Program-made: the position numbers and the translations under genes
Notes under the pieces: generated by a model
Database searches by the model: none
What the model saw: the letters and a program-made list of their open reading frames with translations, nothing else
What the model was told of the DNA's origin: nothing
Assembly: GCA_002633005.1 (NCBI GenBank)
Contig: NMRA01000122.1
Coordinates: 496,820-560,819 of the forward strand
DNA from: Phoronis australis
Taxonomy: Eukaryota > Animalia > Phoronida
Direction of reading: 5' to 3'
Length of the DNA: 64,000 nt
Shown here: positions 1 to 13,910 of the stretch, one piece after another
Layout of the letters: each line of letters begins with the position of its first letter
How positions within the stretch are numbered: position 1 is the stretch's first letter

Positions 1-692
1 TACAGAGTTATGATTAAATTAACTCCATAAATAGGAACTAGTGCTTGGCATATTTTAAAATATTGATTGGAATATCTGAGGGGAGCACAGTCATATGTGT
101 AAGGTGATAAACATAAACCAAATCTTAACCAATAACAGACTAGTTACTGAACAGGTGTTGCCTCTTCAGCTTTGTCCCAGGGTAATACAGTGATTATCTA
201 TTGATCCTGGATCAATAATGATAGCAATCGGTGCTTTATTAACAATAATTAGTCTAGCCTGAAGGACTACCAGTCCCTGGTAAGGAAATGACAGCATTAC
301 ATAATACTATCCAGTTTTAATTAATTCTCCACTAATTATTTATCTCTAAATTATGCCAAAGACCTAGCGTAGTGTCAACAAACCAACTTCCACAGTTTTG
401 TAAAAGCCTAATCAGTTCGGTAGTTATCGATCCAAAGCGATGCTGCAATGTCTGAAAATTGGTAGTTAATTGCAGGTAAGTAAATTAACTGGTCAAGCAC
501 GCACCTGATAATAGTCATCATTATTTGACCATCATGTATGACAGACATTAGGGTTAAAGTCCCACAAGCACTTACTCGTTAGGTCAAACTCGAATGAATC
601 AACTTATGCAAAGGTGACTCTTCCCTGTTGGAGCAATCAATGAATTCAGTCCAGAATTTCATCATATGCAATTAGAAACACTAGTTCCACAA

Positions 693-3600
693 GGCCCTTA
701 CATATTGACTTAACTCCACTCTGAGCAGATCGTCGATGTAAACAGCGCAATAACTGGACTGTTCATACTGGCTTCGGTAGTTAATGAACATCGAAGTAAG
801 TGGTTGGTGCCACTGTCATCATCAAAGTTATCGCTAAGTAGCATTGCACGCTATGATTTTTTTCAATGTTTCAATTTGGAAACATTTACATGCGCTAAGT
901 GACATTAAACTTATTTCATAACGCTAAACCCTCGTGAGAGACCGCCCCGAGATGGATGCTGGAGCAACTCGGGGCGGTCTGGGATCAAGCGGAAAAACCA
1001 CAGGGTAAATCTGTGGTCGACGAATCTATTCGGTCGATTACATTTTATTGCCCGTGAAGCCGCTAAGGGCTGCCTGAAGAAATATGACTCGCGCGTTTGT
1101 ATTTTCGCCTTTTTCAATAACATGTAAAAGATTCATCAACAAATTCCTCGTAAAATTCTGAAAACAAGCGTTTTTCTCCCACGAAAATCGATGAAGTTTT
1201 GGCCGAGATATTTCACTTTCAGTCCAGGCTAGCCCTGCACACTCAGAGAATCGTCACACAAGATTACTACGCGGTAATGCGGTTTCACTGTCAACAAAGG
1301 AAGACGTCAAAATCGACTTATAATTGTCATTTTTAAACTATTTGCATGGTAAATTATCAAAATGTAAGTAAAATCGTACTCTATATTTTAACAAGAAAAC
1401 AGCAGTTTCATTTTGGTGAACATGTCTATAAGGACCTAACTCGCGCATGGTGGTGAGTAGTGAGTCCGGCCAACACGTGAGGATGGCTGTGTTGTTGTTT
1501 TTGCTCTCAATTCAAAAGTAGCCGTTTCAAAATGGAAGATGGACAGAAAATGCAGGCAGTTGACGAAAACGGCCATTGGAAGGAAGCAATTGAGCGGGGA
1601 GTAAATGACAGCGCTGGGAATTCACGTCGGTTTTCCTGGATGGCCGTCTGAGTTTGACCAGCTCGTCGAGCCGTGATTCGTGAGAGGCTGAGCCGATCGA
1701 CTACGTCGGGCTCGGTACCTGGACCTGGTGAAGAAAAACGTAAGTATTTTTTTGTCATCCCTTATGCTCGCATGATGCTGTTGGCTGTATAGATAAAGTA
1801 TACCGTGTTTGCGTGGGATTTTGTGTTCATGAAATTACAGACTATGTACATCTACCACATTTAAAGTCAGAGAAACATTGTTACTTAGTGAAAGATAAAC
1901 GTCTGAGCGAATATACCATGGTGCCTTCAATGTTGTGTTTGTTCTTTGTGAAGTAGATTTACTGTAACAAGTCCGATGTTGTCGGATTGAATTGGTATTC
2001 CGGGATTTTCAATGCCAGTGGCAGATCCAGAATTTTTGGAATGGTGTTCGCAAATGAAATAATGTCAAGCCATTGTTTTAAATTACCATTTAAGTTTTAT
2101 TAATAAGAGGTGGAGACAGCAATCTTCAGCCGTGTCTTTGTTACCTTGTTCTCATTTCTTTACATTTGTTTATGTTTCATTTCATTGTTTTCTGTAGATC
2201 CCCCCAACCCCCTTGCCATAGTGCACTCTCTGTTGACTGAATTTGATGACATAATATATTGATAAGCCATTGTATTCTGCATACCAGTACTAGCTTAACC
2301 CTTAGTCCTGCACACCTGGCCCTATTGTTCACTCTTGACTTTTGTTTACAAAATAATCCAGTCCAGTCTACACCCTGATTGCTTAGTTTAATATTTACCA
2401 GTGAGTAAACTGTATTTCACTTGTTGAACCTTTTCTTACTATCATGCAGCTCTTGCTTGACAGTGCACATGTACTTTTATCTCCTCTTTTTCGAACCACT
2501 CATTAAAGCGTTTTATGGGGTTTGGTTTCTTTTCATGAATGTTTTCATCGTTGGTTTCTAATTCGTTCAACTGCTTCCCAAAACTCCTGAGTCCTGAGCA
2601 TTGAGCAACACTCAACAATCCCTCTAAAAAATGATGCCCTTCCAAACAGTGATGTGACCTTCTGACTACATGAGTGTAAGCTGTGGTACACTACTGCACG
2701 TGCACAAGGTCATCAGCACCAGAAGTTTTAAAATCACACCACCAAAACTGTGACTGTTTACATTTCAGAGAGCTTGCCGTGACAATTTCAAGAAGGTATA
2801 CCGCTTGACAGTTGCATTTATGTACACGTTGAAGCCTGGAGAATACAGACTTGATCAGGGCTTGGGATTTCCGTCTTTTAAGAGGAATTCCTTTTTTGGT
2901 GTCGATTTTCTCTGATTGGATTTCCAGTTTCCTCTTTTTATGATTTTTTCGACTTCATTAAATGTTTAGTTCAGGTAAATTTTACATCCAAAAATGTCTA
3001 TCACCCAAACCTATTTTTTGTGTATCATACATCAGCTGGAAATTTCTCCGCTGTTTTTGTTATTGCTCATTCCAAGCTCTGCTTATTTTTCGTGAAGTAA
3101 CTAGAATGGATTTCATAACATACCAGTTTATTGTACTGGATTCTTCTTGGGTTTATCAACTGTAAACTAACACTAATAGGAGCATAGGATAATAGCCACC
3201 TGTCTTAAGTTCGCACAAAAGTAGAGTACAAAATTCCAAACGTAATTTCGAGTTCCAATTCCTGTAAAAAGATCAATGACAGGGCCCAGGTATCAATTCC
3301 GGTATTTTTGGCACTTAATCGTGTTTGAAAGTGTTGTACTGTGTTTGGAAATTTGTTTGAAAAGCTGTTTTTTTTTGCTGAACAGCGTATGACCTTACTG
3401 GATTTAAGGGCCCCACCAGAGCATTTATTAGTGTGCCCTCCACTCATTTCCAATGTTCTATGTATATCAAATGCTTTGAGATGCCAGCAGGGTAGTATTC
3501 TGCATGCAGCTTTGTTGACCATTGTGGTCAGTGAGAATGTCCTACTCACATGTGTATGAATGCATAGTGTGTGCACCTCATTCATGTACCACACCAGTAT

Positions 3601-6299
3601 TGCCTGTGTGGTTATGGAAATGTGTAAGCTGCTTGTGTTGTATGGGCATTGTTGAGCTTGAAATGCTAGTTTTACTCCTATAAAACTAGGGATGTATTTA
3701 TTGCGACATGTCTCCGTTATTGTTGTTACTAGTTTATTGCTTAACCAGTGTATCTATTTTGAATATTCTTCAAGCCTTGGATGACTGATCTTTTCAGTTT
3801 AGGATAGTTATTGTTTGCATCCCAAGAAATGAATTACATACTGTCTTTTTTAGTATTTTTATTCAGTGACTCCTGGTGTGGTTTTGAAAATGGTTGTTTT
3901 TTAGGCTGAAATGCAGATTTTTTACCAAGTTCTGCAATGACCCTGTCATTTCCACATGGTTATCTTGAAAAGCAAATTCTTGTATACATATTATTGTCAT
4001 CTTGTGAGGTGTGCAATTTATTGCGGTTTTCAGTGACTGGTTCCACCAGGGATAGCAGTATTGTGCACCTACCGGTACTTTGCTCAAACCCATGTTTCAT
4101 ATTATTATATTGATAACTTTTCCTCGTGAAGGTAGTGATCTCAGCAGTTATATCACTTATGGTGTTTTGTCAAGTAGTAGAACCTTGTACTGCTATGACA
4201 CAAATTTTGAAGGTTTCTATGTTGTAGTTAAGTCCCACTTTAAATATTTTGCTCACCATGTGAGTTATTGTTTACATGGAGGGATTCATACTTATGGATG
4301 ATCTCATCAGGGATTGCATGTAACACTATTTGGGTGTGTATATTTGTTACATGTTCATTGTATAAAGTGTATTGTTTATATTGCAGAGTTTATAATTGTT
4401 AGTTAAAAAGATTTCGGTAGGTTATCTCAACAGTGCTTAGTGCATGTTTTGCTCATCCTGTGAAATGTAATATTTATACTGAAGAGTTTATCATCGCTAG
4501 TGCCTGTGTCCCTTATTGCTTTTCCCATAGTATGAACAACTAGTCATGTTAACGTTTGAAATTCTCATGTACAATATATATTACACTCTTCCGAAATCTT
4601 ACACTTATTTTCATTGCCCAAGCACTAATCTGAAGAGTGGCCTACTAGTTATGTGGAATGCGCACAATGCATTGTTAAAGCGAGGTGATCGTATGCCGCT
4701 GGGTTTTTGTTTTCTTACTCTTTGTGAACGCAGTGCCTGTAATTCGCATTTATTCCTAAGTTTATGCAATCATTTTAAATTACAAAACATGAAACCCTGG
4801 GAACCGGTGGGGCAGTTAAATTTTGACATCGACAATATATACGTGTCATTTGAAGTAGTAGCCCGTTGTAGGGTGCCACGACCAAAAATATGGGTACACA
4901 TCACATGTTTAACCACAAACAACAAGTGAAAGAGTTACTTTTTCAGGTAAGCGACGCGTTGCGCGCTTTGGTTGTTTTTGTCCGTTTTAGGTGGCAAGTG
5001 GCGCTTTTTTCTTTGACGATTTCGCTGAGGTACGTTTCAGAAAATCGTACTGTAGGCCTAAGTCATTTTTTCTGTGCCAGTTCATTTAGGTACACAGCAA
5101 CTGAAAAAATGGATAAATCACGTCATTTTAAATCTCCATATCGCTCCGTTATGGCCACTTCGACTTGGATGGATTTTGGCTCTTTCAAACACTCCTCCAT
5201 GCTCTATTTTTTGAAGTTCGTTAACGAAAACGCGTACCAGGATGTAAGGTTCGTGCCCTCCCCCTCGAGTTTTAGTTGGTAATTTTGACATGAAGATGAT
5301 GGTGATATTTATGCGTTCCTTGACGAGAATTCCAGCAAGTCAAGTTTTGCCTAATTCAGCTTTTCATTCATTTTTATACCGTGTATGGTCGCTGGCAAAA
5401 TAAGATACCATCAAGATTTTAGTCTAGATGTTTCCTAACTCGATTTTTAGCCATAACACTGAGCGCGCAAGAGAAGACGGAACATATTTGCGACGTTTCG
5501 TTTACTCAAAGTTAATGAGCCTAAACGTCAGAAAATATTTGTTTTCTCTTTCTCGCTTATAATGATTTTCAAGGGTTTCCGTTATTCAATTTCGGCAAGG
5601 TCGTCGCTTTCTCGCAAAACTACCGATTGGATGATCAATTACGCACTTATTTACTCTCCGTTTTAACGTTGATCATCGTCAATACACCTCCAAAAATTGC
5701 ACATCGTCTTTGCGCAAACTACATTGAGATTTAAGTCTCCCGAAAAAAGTTGACGATCGGATAGTGTTTAAAAGTCTAATTCTAAATTTCTCCAGTTAGT
5801 GCACAAATGAAGTAAAAGAAAGTAGTTCTGCTTGTCGCGTCAGCTGTTGGTATCATTATCTCGATTTATGACCCACAACGCGTGACTGGACAAAGCCTTT
5901 TCAATTTAGCCGGTGGAGCGTGAGACCCCTGAGGTCCCAATCGAGTCCTCACGACAACTTCGCGTTATGTTAAATCGAGTGGTTATCATTAGAGCAAAAT
6001 ATAAGCAGCTATTAGTGACGGCACTACCTTGTAACTGTTGACGATAACAGTGGCACCTGGCGATAACTTCGATTGGACCGAAGTTAAGCGCTCATACAGC
6101 ACCGCAGTGTTGACGTTGCATTATTAAATCCACCTGTTAACTGCGATGTTATCTGGAGCTGTTAACTGCGTTGTTATCTGGAGCTGTTAACTGCGGTGTT
6201 ATCTGGAGCTGTTAACTGCGATCCAGGACCAGAGTTAAGCATTCATACTGACCGTAACTTCCCAAACCATCGACGCGTCGACGTTAGTATAAAAGGGCC
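693..6299. mobile_element. Possible large decayed TIR element (Harbinger-like ends)
   Basis: GGCCCTTACATATTGAC vs reverse complement GGCCCTTTTATACTAAC; inner inverted match 806-832 vs 6032-6058; no clean TSD. Confidence 0.4.
6134..6222. repeat. 25-bp tandem repeat x3.5
   Basis: CTGTTAACTGCGNTGTTATCTGGAG. Confidence 0.95.
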
Positions 6300-7498
6300 C
6301 TTCAAAAAACCAACAAAAACAGAAGGATTACACCCCAAAACATGGACCAAACAATATTTATAAAGTAAGACCTTGCATGGGACTTTAATTGCAGGGTTAC
6401 AAGAAGGTGCAAACAATTATCGATCAGCGGAGACTTGGCAGAGAATGTGCTCAACAGTCTCGGAGGGAACAATATTGGCCAGAGTTACTGAAACTTTACA
6501 CCTCAGGGTGGTAAATGCACAGCTGACCATTTCTATTGGACAAGTGGTTCAGGCCATGCCAGTTTGCTCACTGACCATTGTCCAGAGCTCAATTCACCCA
6601 ATTAGTGGCTATTATCAGTGGCCACTTGTGTTCCCCTAGCTATTCATTGGAACCACTTCACAGCTAGATTATGAAAATAAGTGCAATTTCCACTGGTTTT
6701 CCACCTAAGCTAATATGATGACAGAAAGATGACAACATCCCTATGTGTTGTGACAACATGGTTTGTGTGTGCTGTGTAAAGTATGTCACGTGCCTGGCAG
6801 TTTTCGCGTGCCACTATATTCTTTGCTGCAGGCTAAATAAACAGGCCCAGTGTTTGAATTGGACATAACAACCAGAGTGCATTGTCAGTCTGATACACTA
6901 CAAACAACATCAGTTACTTGAACACTCACAATCTACATCAAGTTAATACCATATGTATATGCTTGACCCCAAAAGGCATCAGAATCTTATGTAAGACAGA
7001 AAAGATCACTTGTGGAATAGCACCTGCTGTCTCTGGTTGTGATACTTCCATAGTGGAGGTCTGCCCAGAAGATGAATTTTCACAATAGATTCCCTGCACA
7101 AGGGATCACTAAAAAGGTTCTTTTCAGGACTTCAAAACTGAACGAAAAGTCTCAACTACAGAAATCTAATTCATACACTTTGCTGACAAAAGATTTTTTA
7201 TTTTCACATGGCATCTCCTTGTGCACAATTTCAGGCCAAATGGGTAAAAATTCAGGTGTCTAAGAATTTCTTCGAAAGGGTTAGGTTCACGGAATTAACC
7301 CTTAAACACTGTGGAGTTTCTCCAACAAACACTTCCAAAAAGGGCTTAACCCTTAACAACGTCAACTCGCTAAATGCAACCTGGCAAAATTTCCATTACA
7401 CCAAACTGAAAATGAGATTGACAAAAAACTCGCACGCAAGGAGGTGAAAACCTGGCCTCCATAAATGATGCATAGTCGGCAACAGCCAAAAATGAAAG

Positions 7499-8288
7499 CA
7501 AGAGCAACGCAGAGTGTTGAAATGCGCCCACGAGAGCACCGCAAACGGTGTGCTAATAAGGGTGATTATTTGCATCATAAAAAATGGCCATTAGATGGCA
7601 CAAAATACATTGAACCCATATAAAAATGGAAGGTTTGGTCGTCTGTCAAAACTTTTTGCCAAATTTCATGAAAATCCGTCAAAGAACTCCAAAGATACAA
7701 AATAACTCAAGATAACTGCCATTAGGAACCAGAGCAGAAGTTGAATTCCTCCATCTGCTGTCAAATTAATAAGAATAGAACTGCAAAATTTCAAAAACAT
7801 CTTGCAGGGGGGTTAAGGGATACAGCCATAGATGCACAAAATGTCACTAGATGGCACAAAGTACATCAAATCCTTTTGAAAACGGTTACATGTCACCATT
7901 TCTGCAACAGAAAGCTATTTACTAAATTTCGGAAAAATCCGTCAAGGAGTTTCATTGAAACAAACAAAAACATAAAATTATGAAATTACCACAAGGTACC
8001 ACAGCCTTCGCGAATCCGTCCTAAAGTCGTCATTGTCCGTTGTCAAATTCATATAAATAAACATGCTAAATTTAGAAAAGATCCTGCAGCGAGTTTAGGA
8101 GATACAGCCATGGGCGCAAAATTAAACAAAACTGCCACTAGAAGGTGCCACAGTAGTTGATGTCATCGGAAAATCATCCACCAGCCACCCTCTTCACAGC
8201 AGGAACATATATGCCAATTTTCACAATCATCTTAGAGTGGTTTGACTGATAGAAGGGCGGATCTGTCAGACATGTGGGCACATAAAAA
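7499..8288 (-). mobile_element. Helentron-associated non-autonomous element (HINE/DINE-like), copy A
   Basis: CAAGAG + short stem-loop + ATGCGCCCAC at one end; GTGGGCACATAAAAA at the other; internal degenerate tandem units. Confidence 0.65.
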
Positions 8289-10324
8289 CAAGATATTTGA
8301 ATTAAAGAACCGGCGAACTGAGCAAAGTTCTGGCAAAATCACTGGCAAAATCACGGGAAATATCATGGGCTCAGTAACAACCAAGCAATTTCCCTATAGA
8401 GCCCAATAGCTGTCACAGCCTTGCCCACTTCAAGGTAAGGGAAAACAGCACTTTTGGGTATGTCTGAGCAGGAGTCATAAATGGCCCAAGTACAATCTCT
8501 AAATGGGTGTGTGTATTTGAATTTGTGGAGCTGTATGGTTCCCAGTCAAGAGTACACCAGGGACAGTGGTACAGTGCCAGGGGCATTTTAATGCCCGGTT
8601 TAAGTAAGTTGAAATCATGCAGCGCATATGGACCCCAAGGTCTGGCCCTGTTAGTCCAACATGGGGATCACAGTTTAAAAAATAACAAAATATAAAAGAA
8701 TACCGACATAAATGTTGTTGTCACAGATAAGAAAATTGAGTCAAGTGTTCAGTTGCTAGACACTGACACATATAGGAAGAAGGTATGTCTTGCCTAGGTA
8801 ACAGACCCATGTTAAATAAGGTATGAGGTAAAAGGTGGTCAAGTGTTGAGTTCAGGGCTACAAATATTACATAACAGCTTGGAAAGGTTCAGAAGAAGAG
8901 GCTAGAAAGTTGCAGGGAGGAAAGGCTCCCATAAATTAATTACAAGACATTGTTGTCCATCTGCTCCCCTAACCCATGGGTCAAAGCTCTCTACTTTACT
9001 GCTAAGAACTGAGTGAGAGGACAATCCCTCTGTTCATCAATTAAATTACGGAACATAGTACCACAATAATTAGAGTAATTTCACTGTTACTAATCACACA
9101 ACCAATGTTGGCAAAATTGCAATTTTTCTCTATCTTTCACAAGATGACTACTACTAACAGATAATGAAATGATCATCACCTCAGCTGTTTCATGACAACT
9201 ACACAGTGCATGAACCACCATGCCGACAATAGAGTAATTTTTTAATGCTTGAGATTGGTTGAGGACTGACTTTAATTACAAAACAAGCTCTTCTTCAAGT
9301 TTGCCATAATGTGTGTTAAATAGGATAATTATGGGACATTACAATTTCAATTAGTTGAATTATTACATTAGCGCTAACATTCTTACAAGCGCTGAAAGAA
9401 CAACTCTTGATGGACCCTAATGATTTCTTTGCATTGATAACAGTAAATAGGCCTGTTTACATAGATGTTGTAATGGCCATTTTGATAGCTATTTTGATCC
9501 TCATTTCAACATACCCAGTAAAATCCCAACTTTAATCATCATTTTGTCACCTGCTAAGTGCAGGAAAATCCAACAGCTGCAATAAATCACTTGGGCCACC
9601 TGCTGATACCGGACGTGTCTAAAATGCATGCGCACTTCATGATAGCGCGTTGTGCCATTTGCCTTGGAAAACAAAATGCGAAATGTTTTTACTTTAATCC
9701 GGAAATGCGGAAATACGACCAGAAGGAGATTGCAATACTTTAACCTGATTCTTGGGGGATGTTGAAATCACGACATTCTCTCAGGGACCAAGAAAGATAG
9801 CATGACGTACACTCGCGTACAAAAGAATTTGGAAAAGATTTTTGCACGTTACTATGACGTAAGTGTTTGCCTATTGGCAACTGCCCTGTGTTTTTAACTG
9901 GGAGTAATATTAACTCGGATAATCCTAAGTTTTTATGACCTGTAGGTTAAACAGCAGCTTGTTTTGTTGTACCCTCAATTACTGACGATACTAATTTTAT
10001 ACTTACTCTTGGAGTTGGGCAATTGTTCCAATTAGAGTTAAGTGTATAGAAATATACTTGATTTAAGCTACAAAGAGAGCAACCAAACACCCTCCCTCAC
10101 ATGCTAACAGAGGGCGCATTGTACACTATAGGGGAAACGATGGAAAAAATCATCATGTAAACAGTCGCAGATTGCCATTAAAAAGTAAGCGTAGAAATAG
10201 CGAAGAAATAGCCCAAACATTTCACATGAACATGTTACTAATGCAGTATTCAACAGTTTTCCAGTGCAGGGCAGCAGAGGTTATGCAACACTAGATGACA
10301 ATTCATATTTCTGACCCACCTCTT

Positions 10325-10464
10325 CTGTAAAGGGACAGTGCAGATGAGAACCAGGAGCTCATCCGTCTGCTGCAAAGGGACAGTGCAGATGAGAACCAGG
10401 AGCTCATCGTCTGCTGCAAAGGGACAGTGCAGATGAGAACCAGGAGCTCATCCGTCTGCTGCAA
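10325..10464. repeat. 45-bp tandem repeat x3
   Basis: CTGCAAAGGGACAGTGCAGATGAGAACCAGGAGCTCATCCGTCTG; middle copy 44 bp. Confidence 0.95.
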
Positions 10465-11094
10465 CAGAACGATGATGAGCTGGAAGCTGCTCAAAAAATT
10501 TCACGTGACAGTTGATCTCAAGCAGTAATCAACTGATATCACCTAAGGAACAATTTGAGACCTATTTCATAATGGTAAATAGAAAGCAGGGTCTTAACAA
10601 CATTTCTAGATGAATCAGGAGGACACATGACATATCTTAGTCCCCCACTCCAAATCTACTCAAGGGCACTGTCTCCCTGCCCCCACTATAATACGCCCTT
10701 GTAACCGCTTTAAGAAACGTAGTTGGGTCCTAATTTCATGCAACAGGCCACTAAGGCCCAGTCGTTTGTATTATTTGACTGAATTGGGTAAATGCAACAA
10801 AATCTCCCAAGATATATTATAAAATAGCTAAGTGTTGTTAACTGATAAACTGTATGCACAAATTTGATTGAAGCACCACCTATTAACCACCAAGAAAGTT
10901 GTGCTTCCTTGGCAAAAATCATGCCAGTGCAAAGAAGCCACGGGAGGTTACCTTTATTGTAGGCTGGACTCTGAACATTTGGAAAACAATTGATACATCT
11001 CACTGCACACCTCAGTTCAATCAACATCACATAATGGTAAACAACAGTAGCTGGGCCAGTCAGCTACACTGGGGTCAGCGAGTGCTCGCTTACG

Positions 11095-11267
11095 GATGGA
11101 CAATTTCAGGTGTCATCACTTCCTACCAGCAAATGTCGTCCAATCCATGAAAGAAACATATGTGCAAAATTTCACGAACATACGTCAAAGGGTTTTGGAG
11201 ACAGAGCAGCAGACACCGGAGATGACGGCATAATGCGTCCACATATAAATACGTGGTCCCATAAAAA
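11095..11267 (-). mobile_element. HINE-like element fragment, copy B
   Basis: AAATTTCAC..GGGTTTTGGAGACA..GAGATGACGGCA + terminal hairpin + ATAAAAA, shared with other copies. Confidence 0.6.
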
Positions 11268-13539
11268 TTCTCTGGGATTCTCTGTAGTTAGCACAGAAGT
11301 TTTGCAAAGTGTCTATAGCAATTTTCTAAAAATAATACGGCTTAATCTTTATTTGAACATCAAAAAATAATGAAAACTTTGATGAAAAATATGAGACATG
11401 GTTTAAAGACATTGTGTTTTCAGACAGTTCAAAAACATAAGAAATTGCTGAAAAACATAAATTTGTGTCGACAGTCAAACACTAAAACTTTAGGCACATT
11501 GCCCATGTCGATCACGATCACGTGATTCACTGTAGGTTGAGTTAAATGTAGGTCAGCAGGTCACCTTCGAATAAGTCATGGACAATGTTGTGTTTACGAC
11601 CCAATAAATTGCACCAAAACTGCACAGAAACATTCGGCAAGAATTGTGAGACAACATATCAGAACTTGGGTACGATTTGAAGAAATTTCTTTAAGTTTTG
11701 TTGAACTCATGACCAGTTTTCTAATCTAGACAATCCAGAGTTTGATTGGCAAACTTCAGTTGCAGGATTTAGGCTGCGGTTTTGTATTGAGTTTAAATTC
11801 GGCATGCTGTCGGCTCACACACGAGCTTCAAATCCTGACTCTAGTGTGGCATAACAACAAATAAAATATTCAGAACCTTGAAATGATACAAGAGACAACA
11901 TATTCATTTGACAGTGCATTTGGGTTGACAAATATAGGGTTACGCATTGTGAGAAAAACTAGAGGAAGATTCGAATTGATTGAAAGGTTGCACGAAAATA
12001 AAGTGTGCATGTTGGTGACAGCCCTTCCAAAAGAGTAATTTTTCACTAAAAAAACTATCTATACAAACTAATAAAATACTCAAACAGTTTGCTGCATGCA
12101 GAGCCCGTATCTCTAAAAATATCATTTTTGTGAAATATGGCTACACGTAACCTCAACCAGAATGTTTAAGGTAACGCAACAAATCTTGTTTTAAAAAATC
12201 CCAAATCAACATCTACATCACAGCAAACAAAGATGACTGTAACAATACAAGGATAGTTCAAACATGAATAGATTATTCATTATCATCATCGTGGTCATCA
12301 TAACCATTGTTCTGCTCTCTGTACTCAGGCTAAAAATAGCATAATTGGATCTAGTGTTCGCCAGAAACTCACCTTTTATAGATCGCCTGCTGGTATCACT
12401 TATCAAAAGCAACAAAAAAAATATTTATCAAAATGAACTGGTAATTTAGGGACAATCATCTCTTTTATGACCGTAATCAAATAAGAATGGTTTCCAATGA
12501 CAGGTCATGCTGTAATATATCATTGCACCAATACTAAAAAAACAGACCAGAACGAATTACGCTAAATTTTATTTTACTCATGGGCAGCGCAACACTGAAA
12601 AAAGTGGGGATGGGCTTGCCCCGTATGGTGCACCGCCCATGTTACTGAAAGAATTTTTCACATTGCAGGCAAGCTTATGTGAAGTTTACGACACAATATA
12701 GCGGACAAGTGAAATTTCATTTTGTCAAATTTCTCAACAAATATAACTTTCAGGAAAATCTATTTTGCTTTTAGCATAGCGTGTATGGTGTGGCTATTAC
12801 TAAAAAGCATTTGGTAAAATTTTGAGCATTTGCAACAATGTGGTAAAACTTTGAAAAATAGAAATATGTCAGTTTTAGCAATTATTTTGTCCCAAATTGA
12901 AGAATTTTTACACAGTGCGAAAACGTGCATCTGACCTAGATACATATGTTACATGAGTGACTAATTTAGGGTTACGGCCAAAATTTGTTCCTTGAATAGA
13001 ATAGTTAACGCTTGGAGACCTCCCGAGGTCCAAAGCCAAGTGGACAACTGTCAGGTATGGTGAAGCTGCACAATGGGATGGTAGTATGTGAGTATTCCCA
13101 CACACTAAGTATACGTGGATTACACCTGCCTTATCAGTCGCAGTACACAAGCCATTATCATGGCCACTTTGCAGTTTGCGAGCACACCTCGATAATGGCG
13201 GCGGGAAGTGAGATGCAAACTGTCATCAAACAGTTTCCGGTTATTCTATTATGTTGTGGGATTTAGACAGCGCACGGAAAAGGTAGCTGCATGGGAGGAA
13301 TGGGTAAACAACCTGCATCGTTGTAATTACAAAGTATGTTTACCAAAATGCAAAGAACAGATACCTTAGAATATGACCAATAACACCACATGATAGGCTT
13401 CCTTACCCACAGAAGGTAGAGCTAGGGATGGAACTATGCAAGCCAAGAAAATTATACTGGGGATCAGGGAAGGATGACCAATGAGGTGAGACTAAATATA
13501 ACAAAAGTAGTATGGTCTCCACTATTGTTTGGTATTGTC

Positions 13540-13910
13540 TTGGCTACCTAACCTCAGCTGATCATGTAATGCAATGGTTTAGACTTGTAATAATCAGCCT
13601 TGACCTACCTTACCATGTAATGCTTTAGTTAGTCTGGACATATTAAGCACCACCTACCCTACTATGTAATGCATTTGTCTAGACATATTCAGCACCACCT
13701 ACCCTACTATGTAATGCATCAGTCTAGACATTCAGGGTCACCTACCCTAACATGTAATGCATTAGTCTCGACATATTCAGTACTATCTATCCTACTAAGC
13801 AATGCATTAGTCTACACTAATCAGGGTCACCTACCCTACTATGTAATGCATTAGTCTAGACATATTCAGCACCACCTACCCTACTATGTAATGCATTAGT
13901 CTAGACATAT
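13540..13910. repeat. 45-bp minisatellite, left part
   Basis: unit CAGCACCACCTACCCTACTATGTAATGCATTAGTCTAGACATATT, about 8 copies, degenerate at left edge. Confidence 0.95.
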
